Shown here: positions 46,983 through 54,770 of the stretch, in pieces
Numbering within the stretch: the stretch's first letter is position 1
Layout of the letters: the number at the start of each line of letters is the position of its first letter
From: an uncultured Spirochaetales bacterium
GTDB lineage: Bacteria > UBP6 > UBA1177
Assembly (NCBI GenBank): GCA_964614215.1
Contig: CAZTKP010000001.1
Location: forward strand, 1-60,127
Length of the DNA: 60,127 nucleotides
Direction of reading: 5' to 3'
Made by a program: the position numbers and the translations under genes
Notes under the pieces: model-generated
What the model saw: only the letters and a program-made list of their open reading frames with translations
What the model was told of the DNA's origin: nothing
Databases searched by the model: none

Positions 46983-48306
46983 TGTCAAGTATCTTCTCAA
47001 GGTCCAGAACTATTAGAAACCGTGCCGTTTTCGGGTCTTTGGCAATAAATTTAACATAATCTATGTTTATCTGCCTGCTTGTTACAGGAGTTATCTGCGT
47101 ATTTTCCGATTCAAGAAAGACAACATCCTCAATAGCATCGACAACACATCCTGTTATCTTATTGTTGACTTTAACTATCAGAAATACCGAAAATTCATCA
47201 TATTTTACCTTTTTCTTGCCCATTAAAAGCCTTAGGTCCACTACCGGAACAACGTTACCTCTAAGATTCATCACTCCCAGCATGTGGTTAGGCTGATTGG
47301 GAACCTTCGAACAGGGAAGCATTTCCTTCATATCAAAAACATCTTTTATCGAAATAGCGTAATATTCTTTCCCTATACAGAAAGATACAAATTCCTTTTC
47401 CTCTTCTTTTTCTATTTCCTGAACCTGCTCCTCAAAATTATCTTTTGTCTTATTCTGATAAGGCATCGTTTCAACTTCCGGATCATACTCTATTTCTTTC
47501 TCAGGCTCTTCTTTCTTTTCAGATCCCCGAAGAGGGCTCTGCGATCCAAATATCCTGCTTACCGTATCCTTGTCTATGAGGACAATCTTTTCTTTGGGAA
47601 TATCTTTCAGTCTATTTCTTAGCTTTCTGTCCGAAATATCACACAGGTAAAGGACCGAAACCGGAATTGAATCTTCATAAACATTCTCAATGTCAATAAC
47701 AGAATCCAGAATGTCTCCATACTCAAGCAGCTCGGAAATAAAATCCGTAAGCCCCCATTTATTCTCATCAAGATCTGTCATGGGATCAATATTCAGCAGA
47801 TAGAGGCTCTTTTTCTCAAGCTTCTTTTCAATTTCATGTAAATTAATGGAAAAAGAGAACTCTTTTCCATCAATATCAATTTTTACAGGACTCTCTTTAA
47901 CTTTTCCATTCAGGCTGTCAAAAAGAATGTTAACCTGTTTTTCAATTTTATTCAGGGGCCTTTTTTTGACCTTACCTTTATCCGCAAGGGAATCCTTTAT
48001 AAGCTTAAACAGGCCTTCTACAAGCCCTGCCGAAACTTTATCTGCGGGGATCTTTTTGTCTTTCAGGAAAAACAGTATCTTTTCGAGCCAGTTCGAGACT
48101 TTTTCTATATCCTCAAGCCCAAGAAAAGAACTTCCGCCACTTATAGAGTGAACAGCCCGGAACAGATATTTCTCTTTTTTAAGAGACGAAACATCACCCT
48201 TTTCAATATTTTCTATCAGCTCCGGAATTCTATGCTCAAAACTGTTTACCGAATCCAGCGATTCATTTAAGAATTCTGGTACTATGTTTAAAAAATCATT
48301 CATCAT
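46975..48306 (-). CDS. HPt-CheW hybrid protein (P1 and P5 domains only, no kinase core)
   Basis: The N-terminal LFRAVHSISGGSSFLGL matches the CheA P1 phospho-His box (compare FRSVHTLKGSSGMV in the adjacent CheA). The C-terminal CheW domain has FCIGKEYYAISIKDV...GVMNLRGNVVPVVDLR. No H-box dimerisation or HATPase motifs lie between them. Confidence 0.8.
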   Translation of the reverse strand: MMNDFLNIVPEFLNESLDSVNSFEHRIPELIENIEKGDVSSLKKEKYLFRAVHSISGGSSFLGLEDIEKVSNWLEKILFFLKDKKIPADKVSAGLVEGLFKLIKDSLADKGKVKKRPLNKIEKQVNILFDSLNGKVKESPVKIDIDGKEFSFSINLHEIEKKLEKKSLYLLNIDPMTDLDENKWGLTDFISELLEYGDILDSVIDIENVYEDSIPVSVLYLCDISDRKLRNRLKDIPKEKIVLIDKDTVSRIFGSQSPLRGSEKKEEPEKEIEYDPEVETMPYQNKTKDNFEEQVQEIEKEEEKEFVSFCIGKEYYAISIKDVFDMKEMLPCSKVPNQPNHMLGVMNLRGNVVPVVDLRLLMGKKKVKYDEFSVFLIVKVNNKITGCVVDAIEDVVFLESENTQITPVTSRQINIDYVKFIAKDPKTARFLIVLDLEKILDNE

Positions 48307-48310
48307 TCAC

Positions 48311-48817
48311 CTAAAGGTTATCCATCAGGTCAAGTTCCTGATCAGAAAGTATCTTTGCCATATCAAGTATGATCAGAAAACTGTCACTATCCTTTTTTAC
48401 CATTCCCCGTATGAACTGGGTTTTAACTCCTGCAAAAAATCTTGGCGGCGGCTGGATCTCTGAGCTTTTGATCTTAAGTATTTCATTGACCTTATCAACA
48501 ACGACACCCATGATCCTTCCACTTACATCAACGACCATTATAACACTGTACCGGGTGATCTTTGTGCTTTCTGCACCGAACTTTTCTCTTAGGTCTATTA
48601 CTGGAACAACTAGTCCTTTAAGATTAAGAACACCTTTTACAAAATGAGGCATTGAAGGAACTTTTGTGAGCTTTTTTATGTTGGTTATCTCAAAAACCTT
48701 CAGAATATCCGTTGCATACTCTTCTTCCCCAACAAGAAAGGATATGAACTGAAGCTTTTTCTCTTCAGCCGGTTTATTTTCCTTTTTAATTCTATCTATC
48801 AGATTTGATCGGTTCAT
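48311..48817 (-). CDS. cheW: coupling protein CheW
   Basis: FLVGEEEYATDILKV...GVLNLKGLVVPVIDLR, 168 aa. Confidence 0.92.
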   Translation of the reverse strand: MNRSNLIDRIKKENKPAEEKKLQFISFLVGEEEYATDILKVFEITNIKKLTKVPSMPHFVKGVLNLKGLVVPVIDLREKFGAESTKITRYSVIMVVDVSGRIMGVVVDKVNEILKIKSSEIQPPPRFFAGVKTQFIRGMVKKDSDSFLIILDMAKILSDQELDLMDNL

Positions 48818-50916
48818 ATTTTCTCCAACTGACTAAAACAGATCTTTTCTAATCCGTAAATATCCAGAATAAGAGATATTCTACCATCCCCCAGCACTGT
48901 TGCACCGCTAATTCCGGGCACCTGTTTGTAGTTCTTTTCAAGACTCTTTATTACAACCTGCTGCTGTCCGACAACATCATCCACCATCAGAGCTATTTTT
49001 TTATTATGTCCATCAAGGATAAGGATCAGGCTCTGTTTCGGGTCAGTTATTTCTGTTTCAAAGTTAAAGGCCTCATACAGTCTGATAAGAGGAATGTATT
49101 CATCTCTGTACTCGATAAGCTCTCCTCTATCTTCAATTGTCCTGACCAGATTTTCTTCCGACCTGACAGCTTCGACAATTGAAAAAAGAGGAACAGTGAT
49201 GATCTCCTTTCCGACAGAAACCTGCATTCCTTCAATAATAGCCAGTGTCAAAGGAAGGATTATTCTGAAAAGAGTACCTCTTCCCTGCTCCGAATAAAGC
49301 TCAATCGATCCCCGAAGGTTCTCTATGTTTTTTCTTACAACATCAAGCCCGACCCCCCTGCCGCTTATTTCAGTAACAGCTTTTGCCGTCGTAAACCCCG
49401 GAAAAAAGATGAAGTTTAAGATCTCTTTTTCTGAAAGGTCTCCTCCTTTATACATTCCTTTTTCCTTCGCCTTTTTAAGTATGGCCCGCTTATCTATGCC
49501 TTTTCCGTCATCTTCGACCTCAATAACGATCTTTCCTTCCTGCTGGTAAGCTCTTAACCAGATAGAACCCTCTATAGGCTTCCCGGAAGCTATCCTTTCT
49601 TCAGGAGATCCTATTCCATGGTCTACAGCATTTCTGATAAGATGCTTCAACGGTGCATCGATCTGTTCTATAAGTGTTTTATCAAGTTCTGTGTCAGATC
49701 CGGTCATAAAAAGGTTTATCCTTTTGTCAAGCTCCCTGGCAGTATCTCTTACTGTTCGCTGAAACCGTCTGAAAGTCCCTTCTATAGGAACCATTCTTGC
49801 CTTCATTACCTGTTCCTGAACATAGCGGGATATTCTGTCAAGATGTTCCGAAGCATCGTTGAGATCTCTATCTTTCAGATACTTCTCTGAAACCAGCTGA
49901 TTTATCCTGGCTATGCCGATCACCATCTCCCCGACCAGATTAACAAGACGATCAAGCTTGCCTGTATCCACCCTAATTGTATGGGAAACCTGAAAATCCC
50001 GGCTTTTCTGCTGACTCTGGAGAACCTTGCTTACAACATTCCCGTCCAGAGAATTCCTTTCAACTAGTAACTCGCCGAATTTCTTCTGAGAATCCTCGAC
50101 AGCTTTCAGGTCAAAATCCGTAAGATATCCTTCCTCCTGAAGAATTTCCCCCAGTTTTTTATCCGCGTATCTTATATCGACACCTTCAAAATACTTTTTG
50201 CTGACATCTTCGACAATGATCGTGTTGTTTTCCTGAACAAAAATAAAAATGTTATCGACCGAGGATCTTGGTTCAAACGTTTTTACAACCAGTTCCCAGC
50301 TTAGATAAAACTTTTCAAAACTTAGCTTTTCAATATCGGGGATGTTTTCCGGATCACATTTAACTCTGATAATTTCTCCAATAGAATCAAGCTCTTTTAG
50401 AAGCATTAAAGGGTCTGTTCCCGTTGAGAATATGTCTGGCTTAAATTTTAAAATTATCTGAAAGTACTTTTCAGAAAAAGAATTCTCATCCCTTTTTTCT
50501 TCCTCTTTTTTGTCCGGAGTATCTGCATTGTAACCTTTATATTTCCTAATGCTTTCTGTCAGTCTTCTTGTTTCCGGACCATGAATCGCCTCTGCTTCTT
50601 CCGGATCAGTTGAAACAAGGGCTTTCAACAGGTCTGTAACCTCAAGAAGCAGCGTAATAAGCCCTGCTGTGACCTTAACTTCTTCAGATCTGACCCTTGA
50701 AAGAACATTTTCCAGATCATGAGCAAAAGTTGTCAGGACTGAAAAATCCACCATTCCCGAGCTGCCTTTCAATGTATGAACTGAACGGAAGATGTTGTTT
50801 ATGAGCTGTTTATCGCCCATATTATTCTCAAGATCGAGCAGATCTCTTTCAAGAGAAACAACTATTTCCTGTGCTTCTTCTGTAAAAATATCAAAAAGAG
50901 ATCTTTTTCTGGACAT
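48814..50916 (-). CDS. cheA: chemotaxis histidine kinase CheA (P1-P5 complete)
   Basis: P1 FRSVHTLKGSS, P3 IRVDTGKLDRLVNLVGEMV, P4 HLIRNAVDHGI, DDGKGID and GRGVGLDVV, plus a P5 CheW-like end. ATG at 50916 (the track start is TTG). Confidence 0.93.
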   Translation of the reverse strand: MSRKRSLFDIFTEEAQEIVVSLERDLLDLENNMGDKQLINNIFRSVHTLKGSSGMVDFSVLTTFAHDLENVLSRVRSEEVKVTAGLITLLLEVTDLLKALVSTDPEEAEAIHGPETRRLTESIRKYKGYNADTPDKKEEEKRDENSFSEKYFQIILKFKPDIFSTGTDPLMLLKELDSIGEIIRVKCDPENIPDIEKLSFEKFYLSWELVVKTFEPRSSVDNIFIFVQENNTIIVEDVSKKYFEGVDIRYADKKLGEILQEEGYLTDFDLKAVEDSQKKFGELLVERNSLDGNVVSKVLQSQQKSRDFQVSHTIRVDTGKLDRLVNLVGEMVIGIARINQLVSEKYLKDRDLNDASEHLDRISRYVQEQVMKARMVPIEGTFRRFQRTVRDTARELDKRINLFMTGSDTELDKTLIEQIDAPLKHLIRNAVDHGIGSPEERIASGKPIEGSIWLRAYQQEGKIVIEVEDDGKGIDKRAILKKAKEKGMYKGGDLSEKEILNFIFFPGFTTAKAVTEISGRGVGLDVVRKNIENLRGSIELYSEQGRGTLFRIILPLTLAIIEGMQVSVGKEIITVPLFSIVEAVRSEENLVRTIEDRGELIEYRDEYIPLIRLYEAFNFETEITDPKQSLILILDGHNKKIALMVDDVVGQQQVVIKSLEKNYKQVPGISGATVLGDGRISLILDIYGLEKICFSQLEKI

Positions 50917-50920
50917 TTTA

Positions 50921-51298
50921 TTACCGTACAAATTTCTTAACTACCCACAATAACTGCTCCGGTTTAAAAGGCTTTACCAGCCATCCGCTAGCTCCCGCAG
51001 CTTTTCCCTCCATCTTTTTGGCATTTTCAGATTCTGTTGTCAGTATCAGGATCGGCACAAAACGGAAGTTTCCTTTTTTCACCTCCTTTATGAAAGAAAT
51101 CCCATCCATAACCGGCATATTGATATCAGAAATTATCATATTTATTTTCTGCTCAGATCTCGCGCATTCTTCCAGCTTGTCAAGCCCCTCTTTCCCATCT
51201 TTGGCCTGAAGAACTTCATATCCCGCATCTGTCAGTACAAAATTTACAGAAGCTCTTAAAGTTGCCGAGTCATCAACGATTAGAATTGTTTTGTTCAT
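50921..51298 (-). CDS. cheY: single-domain response regulator CheY
   Basis: ILIVDDSATLR, MIISDINMPVMDG, LILTTE and LVKPF, 125 aa. Confidence 0.92.
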   Translation of the reverse strand: MNKTILIVDDSATLRASVNFVLTDAGYEVLQAKDGKEGLDKLEECARSEQKINMIISDINMPVMDGISFIKEVKKGNFRFVPILILTTESENAKKMEGKAAGASGWLVKPFKPEQLLWVVKKFVR

Positions 51299-51582
51299 TT
51301 TTCAACCTCTTTAAAAAGACTGGTCAAGCCTGTCAGTTTCAAGTCTTTTTTCATTTCTTTCGGAATATTTTTCCATGTGATCTCGATTTCTGAAGACTTC
51401 ATCCACGAAATAAAGATCTGAAAAGTCGACATGTCCCAACTGTCAGCCCTTTTTAAGTTAACTGTTATCTTTTTGCTGGAAAAAGGCAGATCTTTAAAAA
51501 AATTATAGAGACTTTTTCCATCATTGATAGATATATCTCCTGAAATATGGATGGTACTGCCGTCAATTTTATAGTTGGCCAT
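51295..51582 (-). CDS. degenerate STAS-like protein
   Basis: 95 aa. Its length and pattern (IHISGDISINDG...VNLKRADSWDMSTFQIFISW...LKLTGL) resemble an anti-sigma antagonist fold, but the DxxxSSG phospho-site is absent. Confidence 0.5.
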   Translation of the reverse strand: MANYKIDGSTIHISGDISINDGKSLYNFFKDLPFSSKKITVNLKRADSWDMSTFQIFISWMKSSEIEITWKNIPKEMKKDLKLTGLTSLFKEVEK

Positions 51583-51593
51583 AACGTCTCTTT

Positions 51594-51902
51594 TTACCGC
51601 TTTATAGTTATCAGCTTATCAAGCCTTATGGCTCTAAAAAGAGAGAAAAGCTCTTCGCTTATACCTTTGATCTCTGTTTCAATTCCTGAATGTCTTGCCT
51701 TTTTGTAGAAGATCAGCAGTTTTCCTATTCCGGAACTGTTAATAAAATCAAGCTTTGATAGGTCAAGCTGTATCTTTTCTCCGCTTTTATTGAGCACCTC
51801 ATCAAGATTTTCCTGAAATTTCTGAATCCCTTCGTTGTCAATGCGGCCTTCTATTGACATTTGAATTGTTCCGTTTTTTTCTTCAGTCTGAATGTTCAGC
51901 AT
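51594..51902 (-). CDS. STAS-domain anti-sigma-factor antagonist (SpoIIAA/RsbV-like)
   Basis: LDLSKLDFINSSGIGKLLIF carries the canonical phosphorylatable Ser motif. ATG at 51902 lies 5 nt after GGAGG (alternative start at 51914). Confidence 0.82.
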   Translation of the reverse strand: MLNIQTEEKNGTIQMSIEGRIDNEGIQKFQENLDEVLNKSGEKIQLDLSKLDFINSSGIGKLLIFYKKARHSGIETEIKGISEELFSLFRAIRLDKLITIKR

Positions 51903-51925
51903 TTTAGCCTCCATGTATCGATCAG

Positions 51926-52654
51926 TTAAAACAACTCTAAACTGCCCGTATTTGAATATTCTTTATTTTCAGGGAACATTTCGTTGAGTATCTCAACATG
52001 TGCCCTCACCCTGAACTTTTCATATAGTCTCTCGGCAAGACCTGGATTTTCCGAAACCCCTGAACTGCTGATAATGCTCTGAACACAGAACAGTCCCATT
52101 TTTTTATTCACATCAACAGTATGCCTGGCGGACCTGTTAATTTTTTCCGAACTTGAATGTACAGAGGTTTTTGAATCTCTGACTGCTTCCTTGTAATCTT
52201 TCCCGTCCGTTATCTCCGAAACATTGTCCAGTATCCGGTCGGCTCTTTCAAGCTGCTCTTTGAGCTGAAGCAGTGTTGTACCGATAAGCGAAAAAGTACT
52301 CGTTGAAACAGCTCCGAGAAGTTTTGCAAACCTTTCCGCCTGATCAAGGTCAAGTTTCTGGTCAGTCGTCTTAAACCTTTTCAGCTCTTCAAAGATGACA
52401 TCAAAACTCTCAAAACTTTGTGAGATAATATCTCCGAACTGAAAAAGAGTGGCCATATTCAGAACCGACTCTTTGAGTTTCTCTGCCTCGACAGCATGAT
52501 AAACGTCCTTTTTGCCCAGCTCTTTTCTATCGTTCAGAATGTTTCCTGCCTTTTTTGCGACAAGATTACACAATTCAACGGTGGAAGTCATGTCTTTAAA
52601 AACACTATCCAGATTATTAGAAACACTGATTACAAATTCTTCAAGATCATGCAT
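51926..52654 (-). CDS. all-helical cytoplasmic protein, first gene of the Che operon (candidate CheZ-like phosphatase)
   Basis: 242 aa with no TM helix and no MCP signalling hairpin motif. LFQFGDIISQ contains a D-x3-Q arrangement like the CheZ active-site FQDLTGQ. The C-terminus is ...NTGSLELF. Confidence 0.6.
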   Translation of the reverse strand: MHDLEEFVISVSNNLDSVFKDMTSTVELCNLVAKKAGNILNDRKELGKKDVYHAVEAEKLKESVLNMATLFQFGDIISQSFESFDVIFEELKRFKTTDQKLDLDQAERFAKLLGAVSTSTFSLIGTTLLQLKEQLERADRILDNVSEITDGKDYKEAVRDSKTSVHSSSEKINRSARHTVDVNKKMGLFCVQSIISSSGVSENPGLAERLYEKFRVRAHVEILNEMFPENKEYSNTGSLELF

Positions 52655-52783
52655 GTTGCAACAAACCTCTCATTAAAAAGAACCCCTTACTATAACCTTA
52701 ATTTATTTTTGGGTCAATTTTAGCAACCCGGAACCTAATTAAAATTTGTATTTGAGGAACATTTTCAGTATTATTCTTGTGAA

Positions 52784-53332
52784 ATGTTTGTGTGGGAAAA
52801 AATGAAAGTTGCTATTGATTCTTTTTTGTCGGTTTTGCTGATTTTTTTGCTTGTTTTTTCAGTTTCAGGCTGTTCAAAAAAAGCACCTGAAAAAAGTATG
52901 ATCCTTTCCCAAATGGACGTTGACCTTCTTGTTCAACATAAGAAAAACATCGACAGAATAACAAAAAAGTATGATAAGATCCTCCGGAAAACTAAACAAC
53001 AGGACCGTCCTGCAGTGGTGAATAAGGGAAAGTCTGAAATTGACAACTTCCTAAGGTCCAAAAATCTCGACCCGACCTTTTTTATGCGAAAATCCAAAAA
53101 AATATTAAATGGTTACATAGCTTTTTATAAAACGAGCGATGCTGCTGTCGAAAGAAGAAAAAAAATCCTTAAGGAACAGAACCTGTCTGAAAAAGAGATT
53201 CGGGAAAACATAAAAGCTTTTAAAAAAGAAAAGGAAAGCGTCTTTAAGGAGCTTACCGATGGTCTTACAGACTACGAGATCGAACTTATCAGGACAAATC
53301 TTAAGAAAATAGCTTCTGTCGTAAAATTATAG
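52784..53332 (+). CDS. lysine-rich hypothetical lipoprotein
   Basis: Signal plus lipobox (FSVSGC). The start may be the ATG at 52802. No catalytic motifs. Confidence 0.55.
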   Translation: MFVWEKMKVAIDSFLSVLLIFLLVFSVSGCSKKAPEKSMILSQMDVDLLVQHKKNIDRITKKYDKILRKTKQQDRPAVVNKGKSEIDNFLRSKNLDPTFFMRKSKKILNGYIAFYKTSDAAVERRKKILKEQNLSEKEIRENIKAFKKEKESVFKELTDGLTDYEIELIRTNLKKIASVVKL

Positions 53333-53333
53333 A

Positions 53334-54134
53334 TCAGTCTTCAAGATTGTTGTTTGTATCAAGCCACTTAGTATGGAAGAATTCTGCCATCTTTTCAGCA
53401 ATGAACCGGATAAATTCCATATCATCTTCATTGAATCGAGATGCGTCTTTTTTATTAATAAGCTCCAGAACTCCGAAAGTGATCCCTGTCTCCATTGATC
53501 TTACCGGAGCACAGATTATCGAAGAGGTCTCGTAGCCTATCTTCTCGCTTATCTCCTTAAAGAACCTCGGGTCCTTGTGAACATCACCTACAGCTATAAA
53601 GCATGCGTGTTTCGCAGAAAATCCAACGAGTCCCTGTCCTACTTTAACTTTGATCCCGCAGACATCGTCACTTTTGGGACCTCGACAGGAAACAAACTCC
53701 AGGTCGGTTGAACTCAGATCACTTCTTGCATAACTACCGCTTTCACTTGGAATATACTTCAGCGCAAGATCCAGAAAAAAGTTATGGGCTTCTTTTTCGC
53801 TCAGATCCCATGCATCCATAGCATCTGTAAAAAGATTTGCCAGCATTTCATCTTTTCTGGTGATCTTCGGAGCCTCTTCTTTTTTCTCCTCAGCCTGAAT
53901 AGGACTTTTTGTAAGGTCAAGTTCTCTTACAACAAATTTTTTGCTTGTTACTGTATCTGTAACATTTATAGATCCGTCCTCTTTCACATCACAGATAATG
54001 TTTGCCATTGAATCTGCCATTCCCAGACCTGACAGGGCTGACTCGAGAGCACAGAACCAGTTAGGACCCTCTTCTCTTACAACCACTTCTTTTCCACCTT
54101 GCCCCATTGGCACAAGAACTTCAAATTTCGTCAT
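53334..54134 (-). CDS. GAF-domain protein
   Basis: The C-terminal 150 aa carry GQGLVGFSAKHACFIAVGDVHKDPRFF...SIICAPV...GVLELINK, a typical GAF fold signature. Confidence 0.75.
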   Translation of the reverse strand: MTKFEVLVPMGQGGKEVVVREEGPNWFCALESALSGLGMADSMANIICDVKEDGSINVTDTVTSKKFVVRELDLTKSPIQAEEKKEEAPKITRKDEMLANLFTDAMDAWDLSEKEAHNFFLDLALKYIPSESGSYARSDLSSTDLEFVSCRGPKSDDVCGIKVKVGQGLVGFSAKHACFIAVGDVHKDPRFFKEISEKIGYETSSIICAPVRSMETGITFGVLELINKKDASRFNEDDMEFIRFIAEKMAEFFHTKWLDTNNNLED

Positions 54135-54202
54135 TTTTTCCTCCTACTGTCGCATCTTTCACTGAGGCATTTTCACATTTTTTACGAAAAAAATCAAAAG
54201 AT

Positions 54203-54763
54203 TTATTCTTTTTCCGGCTTGATCTTTACTTTTCCGTCCTCAATGAACACTTTGAACTTGAATCTTTCTCCAACCTTTTTGCGGATATCATCTATCCGTT
54301 TTTCCAGCATTTTTGATACAGCATCTTTTGAAACTGTCTTGCCTGAATGCTTTTTATTCATTTCAACATATTTTCTGGCAGCCTCATCAATTACAGAAGC
54401 TGTCCTGAATGCTTCGTTGTCCTTTTCCTGCTGCGACAGATTACTGAAATCCTTTGAGATGTTCCCAAGTCCTCCAAAAAAGTTCCTGCCGGGAACTGCC
54501 CTGCCTTCTTCAATATCCTTGACTCCTCTTTCCCATTTTGTCCTGTAGGATGTAAATTTCTGAATAAAGGACTGAACCAGATACCTTTCTGCAGAATTCT
54601 TGGATTCTTCACCACTCTGCATGAGTAGAGTTATTTCTCTTTTTAGTTTTTCAAGAGATCTTAACGGAGGAACCCTTTCTCTGCCCGTAAAATAGAAGTT
54701 GAACTCTCTATCAAGGCGCTCAACACTGGAGATAAGTCTGTCGACAGTTTTCCGAAGGGACAT
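54203..54763 (-). CDS. cytoplasmic hypothetical protein whose C-terminal domain is shared with the 12893..14413 product
   Basis: 186 aa. The C-terminus ARKYVEMNKKHSGKTVSKDAVSKMLEKRIDDIRKKVGERFKFKVFIEDGKVKIKP aligns with WEDYCRIKEKHGKKVSDNEKRSFVGKLRTNRASIMAKYNCSDVSFTIEDKGGKPVIKAKP. Confidence 0.6.
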   Translation of the reverse strand: MSLRKTVDRLISSVERLDREFNFYFTGRERVPPLRSLEKLKREITLLMQSGEESKNSAERYLVQSFIQKFTSYRTKWERGVKDIEEGRAVPGRNFFGGLGNISKDFSNLSQQEKDNEAFRTASVIDEAARKYVEMNKKHSGKTVSKDAVSKMLEKRIDDIRKKVGERFKFKVFIEDGKVKIKPEKE

Positions 54764-54770
54764 TGAATTA

